This document shows positions 24,921 to 33,599 of a DNA stretch of 64,000 bases, one piece after another. Position 1 is the stretch's first letter. Every line of letters begins with the position of its first letter. Under the pieces are notes generated by a model. That model was not told the origin of the DNA. It ran no database searches and saw nothing but the letters and a program-made list of their open reading frames with translations. The DNA comes from Obrimoposthia wandeli (lineage: Eukaryota). Position numbers and translations under genes: made by a program. Location of the stretch: assembly GCA_977020255.1 (NCBI GenBank), contig CDROCS010001687.1, positions 62,001-126,000 on the forward strand, written 5' to 3'.

Positions 24921-25420
24921 GGGGGTCAAGTGGCTTAGACTCCATCCTTCTTTGATATACCACTATGGTCGTCCATAGGTTAAAGGGTCAAGTGGCTTAG
25001 TCTCCACCCTTCTTTTTGAGATATACCACTATGAAAGGGTTAAGTGGCTTAGTCTCCACCCTTCTTTTTGTGATATACCACTATGAAAGGGTCAAGTGGC
25101 TTAGTCTCCACCCTTCTTTTTGAGATATACCACTATGAAAGGGTCAAGTGGCTTAGTCTCCACCCTTCTTTTTGAGATATACCACTATGAAAGGGTCAAG
25201 TGGCTTAGTCTCCACCCTTCTTTTTGTGATATACCACTATGAAAGGGTCAAGTGGCTTAGTCTCCACCCTTCTTTTTTGTGATATACCACTATGAAAGGG
25301 TCAAGTGGCTTATTCTCCACCCTTATTTTTGTGATCTAGTATCCACCCTTCTTTTTGGCTAACCATTAATTCAAAGGGTCAAGTGGCTTAGTCTCCACCC
25401 TTCTTTTTTGTGATCTAGTC
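24921..25420. repeat. Subterminal 52-bp tandem array (~9 units) in the Polinton left arm
   Basis: Unit aaagggtcaagtggcttagtctccacccttctttttgagatataccactatg; its core is the reverse complement of the TIR motif tggagtctaagccacttgaccc. Confidence 0.95.
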
Positions 25421-25690
25421 CATAATGAAAATTTAGGATAAAGTTCACTCTTATCAGTTAAGGAATGTATGACATAATCATACACACACTATTCTATGTG
25501 AAATTTAGACTAAGTTCACTCTTATCAGTTAAGAATGTATTACGTAATCACACACATACTATTCTATGTGAAAATTTAGACTAAAGTTTTTCCTAGGTTT
25601 ACACATCTAAAGAATTATGTTAAAATTTGTATTAAATCAAAAAAAAAATAAGAAAGAAGTCAGAGAAAAATACAAAATTAAACACATTTA

Positions 25691-28600
25691 TTATGTAATT
25701 TCATAATGTCCATAAGCGCGGCTTCTATTTTTCTCGATCCAATAGCGTTTGTCATCTGATGAGCTGAGAGCAGTCTTTTGTATTATGATCGTGTATAGTT
25801 GATGATTTATTGTTCCAAACTTCTTTTGAGGTATAGTATATGCAATACCGTTTTCATACACGTCTAAATATGTTTGATGTACAACCGTTGAACCCTTAAG
25901 ATTTACTCCTTTTGCTTTATTATTTTCAAAGTCATCTTCAAACTTAAGTGAATAACATTTACAAAGTAAGAAAATCCATTCTTTATACATTCGTCCTTCC
26001 GATTCATCTTTAAATAAACCTATTTTACTATTAAATTTATTAGAATATAATGGATCATTCACATTATAATTTGACGTATCTAATAATCCATTTGCAATCA
26101 TTTTTGGTAACAACTGTTTTCTTAAATTAACGTTTTTACATTCCAAAAAGAATGAGTCGGTATCACCGGCAACTATATTAATTGAACAATTGAATAAATT
26201 ACGATATATTTGCAAATCATGATACTGAAGAGTATACATTCGTAATTTGCTAAGATCTAGTACAGCTTGGCCTATATAATTTGGTCGATCGAGACAAATA
26301 AAGTCTTTTCTTAATAAAACAGCTATTAAATTATCATGAATTTCAATTGTTCGTTGAAACATAGGTTTGCTAGTATATGTAATTAATTTTGTAGAACTAG
26401 TGCAGATGCGAAGATTCAATCGTTTCTTAACATTTTCAACGGTCTTTCCATACAAACTAACATTTTTAAGTTTATAAAAATCTTTGTCACATTTATTCGT
26501 TGCTTGTGATCTCATTTCTGAATTATATTCTATATATTCTGCGAATATCTTAGCCTGAGAGAATTTTACTGCTCGATGAATAATTGTTACCACTGCTCCT
26601 AAACTAACATACATCTGCAATAGTCTCCAATGAATAACATAATGACTTTTTGGCGAATGAGTCATTAAAAGTTTTTCAACTTTTTTACCAGGTGGACATT
26701 TCTTTTCTGGAGCTATAGGAAGATCATCTAAAAAGTCATGAAGGTTTTCTGGTATTACCAAGTCTACTTCCATAAAATAACCATATTCAATATGTTCCAT
26801 GTTCACATTTTTCATTTCATGCAATATTTCGTTTAATTTTATATCATCAAGAATCCATTCAAAATCTCCTTTTGGTAAAGGTTGATCAAGAGCCCATCCA
26901 TATAAATTATTAACATATATATATATAAAAGACTTGTTTCTTCATCAGCGACTACATGATGCTTATTGACAAATGTCATTCCTCCTCGTATACCCGAAGA
27001 AATCATGTTGTACATTTCAGGATCCTGCATCAGTTCAACCTTATGTTTTAACATTTTTAGAGCACTTGCCCAACTCAATCCAGGAATGCTAAAAAAGTTA
27101 AGTGGTTCTAAACCATCTTCACTGAGAGCTTTTCTTCTGAATGTTTGAAACACGTCAGCTAATAAATATACGTCAGTCTTTAAGTAAACTAACATATAAT
27201 CCAACATATTTCTACAATTGGTTATTTTCCAAACATCTTGTGCTTTTTGATATTCAGTGTCTGTGATTTTATCATTCCATTTTACTGGTAAACTTAACTT
27301 ATTCTGGAGGACATTTAATGATGTAGCAAAATCATATGGGAATATTCCTTTGCCATCAATAAGTTTAGATGGAAAAACTGATCTTGTTAATGGAATAGTT
27401 GGTAATTTACCGGCTAAATTTTCCAAAGATGATTGCAAAAATTGCAAAGAATCTATAAATCTCAGAGTTATTTGACCTAATCTTACAATCATGGCTTGAA
27501 ACTTTTCCGTTGATTGTGGTATAATATTTATATCCCAGTCAGTAAATTTATTCAATGCATGTTTTAAAATATGATGTAAATCATAACCTCTGAGATTATG
27601 AAACACAATAGGTAAAGTTGGACGAAGTTTTCTTGATAAATTACATTCATTGCATGCAGGACCTAGATACTTGCCAGTAAAGTGATCATGATCTTTAACA
27701 TATTTTTCAGATGATTCGTGACATAAATAACATTCATCGGCATTGCTAAAAGTATGAATCTCTGCATTTGTTAAGGGAATCATTACGTTTTTAAGAGCAT
27801 CTAAATACCATGACAAAACCTTTTCTTTAGCCAAGTTCTCTATTGACTGAAGAAATTTAACTATGCAGTCATCACCAACATTATATTGATACTGGGTTTC
27901 AATTTCATCTGTACTCATAAATAACATACCAGATGCGACAGGCATATGCTTTTGATGATAACTCTCATCTGGTACTAATACAGATTCAAAATCAGCGTAA
28001 ACGACATATTTCGGCGATATAGTTTTTGACCAATCGTTGAATTTAACGTACTTATTCTTAGGCATAGTATACATTGTAGTGCTTTCTTGATTATAGTCAC
28101 ATAAAACTTTATGCTTTTCTAATGACAAATCGGTTTTGAAACCATGTAAACACTTTTCACACCATTTTCTGCTAATTCTAGTCGTTCCAGTTCGAATATT
28201 TAATAGCCGGTTAAGACAACTTATTCCTATATAATGAAACCGTTCCTTGGATTCTAGTAACAATAAATTAACTATAGTTCCTTCCTTCATTTTTGATTTG
28301 TATGCAACATCGATATAAGGATTCTTGATAACATCAGTTTTTGATTCTTTTTCACTTACCTCGTTGAATATGAATACATTTATTATTATACCAGGAATTT
28401 GCCGTTCAAATTTTGATATATTTGATATTTTCATAGGCATATCTTCGGAATTATATACAAAATCATTTAAAAATCTTTCATAGTTGCTTGGTCTATTTCT
28501 ATGTGAGTCTATTTCATTATATTTAAGTATTGACAATATTGCATAAATAAAGCAAAGATTATCAGAGTTTAGAATATTTATGACTGCTTTAGATTTTGTA

Positions 28601-28965
28601 AGAGAATTTGGTGATTTAATATATGAATGACCTGACAATGCACAAATTTGACTATATTTAGTAACAATAAATGCATATTCAAGTATATTCATCAATTTCC
28701 AACCACTACCTTTTTCTGAATATTCTTCAACTTTATTTTCCATTGTATCTTCCATTTCTGAAATTATAGCAAGTGAAAAAATCATTGCTCGATGCGAAGC
28801 ATACCATTCTTTAGTTTTTCCATCATTCTTTTCAAACCTCATTCTAATGATGTATTGTATCTTTGCTTTTCCCATTAATTGCACTATTCTTTCTAGTTCG
28901 TTTAATAATGAAACTGGAACCTTAAGACTTACAAGATTGAGATGATCTACTTTCATGGATATCAT
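25691..28965 (-). pseudogene. Protein-primed DNA polymerase B (pPolB), frameshifted at motif A
   Basis: Exo motifs YADFES, FHNLRGYD and YLKTDVYLLADVF; EndoVII-like HDHFTGKY..ACNECNL; GIRGG; motif B KLKNVSLYGK; motif C GDTDS. The expected YIDVNNLYGWAL is disrupted in the (TA)n run at ~26915-26927. Confidence 0.95.
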
Positions 28966-29014
28966 TGAATAACTATTTTCTAATGATGTTTTAGTATGTA
29001 TATTATCATTTATT

Positions 29015-29317
29015 TTACGTTTTCGTGACGGAGTAGGAGCTGAAATTACTATTAATTATATCAGTTCTTTTGCTTAAAGCCGGTACTTTAAATAATTTTT
29101 TCTTACTATCATTTTCATATTCTCTTAAATGACTAACATGTCGACTATAAAATAAGTTGAAATCAACATTTTCAGTGCTTAAACATTGTGGACATATGAA
29201 ATAATTTATCCTTTTGTATGAATAACCATAATATTTTTTCATTATATCATGACATACTTGAGGATTAAAATGTATATCCGAATAACAAAAATTTGAATAA
29301 GTTTTACATATACTCAT
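29015..29317 (-). CDS. Small Polinton ORF with a putative C2H2-like zinc finger; may be the separated N-terminus of pPolB
   Basis: CPQC-x14-H-x2-H. The pPolB frame is already open under its last ~15 codons (VISAPTPSRKRKINDN...SMISMK). Confidence 0.5.
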   Translation of the reverse strand: MSICKTYSNFCYSDIHFNPQVCHDIMKKYYGYSYKRINYFICPQCLSTENVDFNLFYSRHVSHLREYENDSKKKLFKVPALSKRTDIINSNFSSYSVTKT

Positions 29318-29418
29318 CTGATGATATGATTGATTTGATTGGACTTGAGATATTGGTTGATTTGTATACTGAATAAAAAAATATATATAAATACAATAAT
29401 TTAATTATTTTACTTACA

Positions 29419-29889
29419 ATGTTAACAAATATTAATTATAAAGGAATTTGCTTAGATGATGTATCCAAATTAAAATTTCGAACACGACCAGAACAATACG
29501 TTTATAAAACCAAAGATTATACAATACTTATTTTTAGAAATAAGAAATGCAGGATTATGGGATGTAAGGTACCTATTAAAAATATTTCTTACCCTTTAAG
29601 AATAAATATACTTGGTATTCAATCAATTACGATATGTGAAAATTTAGATCAAAGTATCAATCTATTTAAATTATGGAATGTGTTACGTAATACATGTTCA
29701 TTTGACCCTGAGTTTTTCCCAGGCTTAAGATTAAATATTTTCAATCCATTGTGTGTAAATATTTTCACATCTGGAAAGGTCGTAATTTTAGGTCTTAGAA
29801 ATTTAGATTTTCAAGATCAAGTTAACGATATCATGACATACATTAAAAAAAAGAAGTTGAATGCTCGAAATACAAATTCTCGGATATAA
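29419..29889 (+). CDS. TATA-binding-protein (TBP)-fold protein encoded by the Polinton
   Basis: [34 protein letters not shown] vs TBP repeat 2 [51 protein letters not shown] vs repeat 1 TALIFSSGKMVCTGAK. Intact 156-aa ORF. Confidence 0.85.
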   Translation: [156 protein letters not shown]

Positions 29890-30039
29890 ATAAATAAACA
29901 GAATGAAACAACTCTCATCTGGAGGATTCATACAGCGACCGAATATTTTGATGTTTAATAAATATTTAATAAAATGTTGTTATTGTTATAAACATGTACT
30001 TATTCTGATATATTTATTTTATATTAATATTTATATATA

Positions 30040-30687
30040 ATGTTATTAACAAACAATTCGACTTTTCAAGTAGTAGGACCAATTGGTAGTGGAAAAACTT
30101 TATTTGTTTGTAAATTATTAAATTCAAAAATGTTTAAAAATAAATTTAATAAAATATATTGGCATCAAGGTGGTGACGGAGAAGCTGGTTTAACAAACCA
30201 AGAATTTAATAAAATAAAAAACATTAAGATTATTAACGGTTTTGATGAAAATTGGACGACAAGACTCGTAAAAGGTGATGTAATTGTTATTGATGACTTA
30301 TATCAAGAGGCTAACAAAGAATCTGATTTTAATGATTTATTTACAAAAATTGCAAGACATAGAGAAGTTACTGTAATTTTTATAACCCAAAATTTATTTC
30401 ATCAAGGAGGAAATCATCGTACTCGTAATCATAATGTACATTATTTGATTTTATTCAAAAATCCTAGAGATCAAACAGTGATAGATTTTATTGCTCGTCA
30501 AGCATTTCCTCATAACAAGAGTTATTTAATTGATGCGTTTCATGATGCTACATCTTTACCACATGGTTATTTATTTTTAAATTTTACTCAATCATGTCCT
30601 GATGATTTAAGAATTGTTACTGATATATTTAACCGTAATGGTATTACAGTCTATAAACAAATAAATAATAATAATGTTTTAAAATAA
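30040..30687 (+). CDS. Genome-packaging ATPase (A32/FtsK-HerA family)
   Basis: Walker A GPIGSGKT, Walker B VIVIDDL, and the Polinton pATPase motif LFTKIARHREVTVIFITQNLF. Confidence 0.93.
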   Translation: MLLTNNSTFQVVGPIGSGKTLFVCKLLNSKMFKNKFNKIYWHQGGDGEAGLTNQEFNKIKNIKIINGFDENWTTRLVKGDVIVIDDLYQEANKESDFNDLFTKIARHREVTVIFITQNLFHQGGNHRTRNHNVHYLILFKNPRDQTVIDFIARQAFPHNKSYLIDAFHDATSLPHGYLFLNFTQSCPDDLRIVTDIFNRNGITVYKQINNNNVLK

Positions 30688-30688
30688 A

Positions 30689-31102
30689 ATGAATTTTAAA
30701 AAGAGTATTCTTAAACATAGTAAAAGGACAGATAAAGATGAAGTTAAAAAATTAATAAATACTGTATTATATGATCGTAATAATATTGAATTTTCAAAAA
30801 GTTTACCTTATTTTAAAACCTTAATTGACGTACCAAAAACGAATAAAATGAAAATGTTGAAATCATTTCCAATTTATGTAGTTGATGATTTAATAAAAAT
30901 TTTAAATAAAATAATTTATGGTAAAATTAAACCTGATGATAATATTTTAAAATATAAAAATTCATTAATAAATTTAGCAAATTCACGTGGTAAAATTAAT
31001 AAAAGAAACATTATTTATAATCAAAATGGCGGATTCATATTGGCCCTACTGCCCGCTATAGCATCAGTAATAGCTAGTGTTATATCTTCAAGATGGGGAT
31101 AG
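30689..31102 (+). CDS. Basic protein with a C-terminal adenovirus pX-like amphipathic peptide
   Basis: Ends QNGG-FILALLPAIASVIASVISS, similar to the adenovirus pX precursor tail (RGG-FLPALIPIIAAAI), which follows an adenain-type xGG site. Confidence 0.6.
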   Translation: MNFKKSILKHSKRTDKDEVKKLINTVLYDRNNIEFSKSLPYFKTLIDVPKTNKMKMLKSFPIYVVDDLIKILNKIIYGKIKPDDNILKYKNSLINLANSRGKINKRNIIYNQNGGFILALLPAIASVIASVISSRWG

Positions 31103-31263
31103 TTGTCTTAATAACGAAAATTATAATAATATTAAATAATTACATTCTAACATTTTATACAAACATATAAACAGATTAAAAATATATTTAACTTTTATAA
31201 TAATGGGGATAAACAATACAAAGTTGTCTAACTTATTTATAAATTTTAATTCTTCATGCTGCA

Positions 31264-32289
31264 ATGGAAAAGATTTGGAACAATCCAGAAGATCCAGACG
31301 GTTATACAGGGTTAGAAAAATTGACAAAAAGAGTCAAACAATCAAAAACAAACACACAAAAATGGTTAAGAAATGAATTATCATATAGTCTGAATAAACC
31401 TTTAAGACGTAAATTCCCTACTAGATCATATAAAACTAATGGTATTAATTCGTTATGGCAGATGGATTTAATGGAAATGATTCCTTATTCTTCAGTAAAT
31501 AATGGATTCAAGTATATTTTAACTTGTATTGATGTATTTAGTCGTTTTGCAAGGGCAGTTGGTGTTAAATCAAAATCAGGTATTGATTTATTACATGCAA
31601 TAGAATCTTTAATTGTTGATGATGTACCAGTAAATATCCAAACCGATGAAGGTAAAGAATTTTTTAATTCACATGTTAAGAAATTATTTAAAACTGAAAA
31701 TATCAATCATTATTCAGTATATTCTCAATATAAAGCTGCAGTAGTTGAAAGATTTAATAGAACGTTAAGAGAACGGTTAAAGAAATATTTTACTAAACAA
31801 GGTAATAAGAAATGGGTGAATGTATTACCAAAAATTATTTATGCTTATAATAATTCTAAACATAGAGGTTTAGATGGTTTAAAACCTGTAGATGTAAATA
31901 ATAAAAATGAATTTGATATTTTGTTGAAACAAAATCTAAAAGAAAAGAAAGTTAAATCTAAATATAAAATTGATGATTATGTTCGAATATCAAAAATAAG
32001 TACAAGTCCATTTATTAAAAATTTTAATCAAAATTGGAGTGATGAGGTTTTTCAAATTCATGATATTAATTATAAACAAAATCCAATAATGTATATTTTA
32101 AAAGATATTGATAACGTCATCATCAAAGGGAAATTTTATAAACAAGAGTTACAATTAATTGATAAACCTAAACTATATCGAATACAAGAAATTTTAGAAA
32201 CTAAAGGTCGTGGTAAGAATAAACAATATTACGTAAAGTGGCACGGATACTCTGAACCTTCTTGGATATTTGCTTCTCAAATTGAATAA
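31264..32289 (+). CDS. Retroviral-type (rve) integrase with a C-terminal chromodomain
   Basis: DDE triad WQMDL / IQTDEGKEF / AVVERFNRTL; chromodomain YRIQEIL..KGRGKNKQYYVKWHGYSEPSWI. Intact. Confidence 0.95.
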   Translation: MEKIWNNPEDPDGYTGLEKLTKRVKQSKTNTQKWLRNELSYSLNKPLRRKFPTRSYKTNGINSLWQMDLMEMIPYSSVNNGFKYILTCIDVFSRFARAVGVKSKSGIDLLHAIESLIVDDVPVNIQTDEGKEFFNSHVKKLFKTENINHYSVYSQYKAAVVERFNRTLRERLKKYFTKQGNKKWVNVLPKIIYAYNNSKHRGLDGLKPVDVNNKNEFDILLKQNLKEKKVKSKYKIDDYVRISKISTSPFIKNFNQNWSDEVFQIHDINYKQNPIMYILKDIDNVIIKGKFYKQELQLIDKPKLYRIQEILETKGRGKNKQYYVKWHGYSEPSWIFASQIE

Positions 32290-33301
32290 TGTCAAAATAT
32301 ATTATTTTACCTAGTAATAGTTGTCCAAGTACTCAACCTAACAATACAGCCAATCAATTTACTGTAGATTGGGAAAACTCTCTAAATTTAGATGGTGAAT
32401 GGGAGGTTGCCTTGACTGAATTTGTATTTAATTATACTCCTTTAACAATACAAACTAATTCAAAAATACTTTATAAAACGGAAAAGATAGAAATGAAAAC
32501 TTTCGATGTATCTTTTGCAATTTTAAATGGATTAATTTTTAATAATTTAAATACTGTTTTCAATTTCAAAATTACAAAGAATCAAAAATTAGAAATAAGT
32601 ACAATTAACAGTATTCATCGAATGTTGTTAAAATTCGAAACTTTAGAAGAATCAAAAATTATAGGTTTTAATGAAATACAAAAATTTCTAGTCATGTTAT
32701 AACAAGTGATGAAATTGTTGACATAAATAAAAATATTCATGCTAAAATGAGAATTACAATTTATTTTTTAGTTGAATATGAATACGAAATAAAATTTAAT
32801 CAAAATTATTTGATACAAGATAGTTCTTCATTATGTAATATTATAGCCAGTAAATGTAATGAAATTTTTAAAAGCTGTAATATAGATTCAGACGGATTAT
32901 TTGATATTTTAATAAAGAAAAATGTAAAATCAGTTTTATTTGACGAAAAACTTGCATCTTTATTAGGTTTAAATAATGTTTTCTTTGAGAAACGAATTAA
33001 AGGTTTTCAAAAACCAATACTTTCTAGCTCATATAATCAAATGTATATTTATACTAGTTTAACAGATTCTGTCTTAGTAGGATCTGATTATGTTCCACTG
33101 TTAAAGTCTATTTGGTTAAAATCATTAAAATATCGATATGGAGATGTAGTAAATGTTAAAATTGATAATCCAATGTACTTGAAAATGAGAGATTCAAGTA
33201 TTAATAGAATCGAGGTAAATATACGTGATGATTCTGGAAATTTAATTCCATTTTCATATGGAGCAAAAACTAGTTTAACTCTTCATTTACGTAAAGTATA
33301 A
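32289..33301 (+). pseudogene. Minor capsid protein (penton, single jelly-roll), split by one frameshift near 32685
   Basis: N-term ILPSNS..PNNTANQFTVDWENSLNLDGEWEVALTEF; C-term MYIYTSLTDSVLVG..VPLLK..NPMYL..INRIEVNIRDDSGNLIPF..TSLTLHLRK. The second frame is open from ~32686 (SHVITSDE...). Confidence 0.85.
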
Positions 33302-33338
33302 ACAATATAAATATATTTAAAATATAAATATATATAAA

Positions 33339-33599
33339 ATGAATACATCAATTATAAAATTTTATAGCAAAAGTCAACAGGGCGGTGAACTTCCCTATTT
33401 CATTGGTAAACAATATGGATCTGGTTGGTATCAAACTATTTCTAGATTAGCTATTCCATTTATTAAAAAAGTTGGTTTATCAGCAGCTACAAGTGCTGCC
33501 AATGTAATTGGTGAAACGGTAGGAACTGCGTTAACAAATCCAAAAAACATAATTTCATCTCTCAAAGAAAATACAATCAAAGAAGTCAAAACTAGGTGA
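33339..33599 (+). CDS. Small Polinton virion-core-type protein, probably truncated by the right TIR
   Basis: QQGG and QYGSG motifs followed by an amphipathic helix (WYQTISRLAIPFIKKVG); the stop is ~20 nt from the TIR. Confidence 0.55.
   Translation: MNTSIIKFYSKSQQGGELPYFIGKQYGSGWYQTISRLAIPFIKKVGLSAATSAANVIGETVGTALTNPKNIISSLKENTIKEVKTR

Noticed and set aside
24921-25420. CRISPR-like appearance of the regularly spaced repeats
   Set aside because: The units are contiguous with no unique spacers, there are no cas genes, and the context is eukaryotic. The same applies to 5155-5371.
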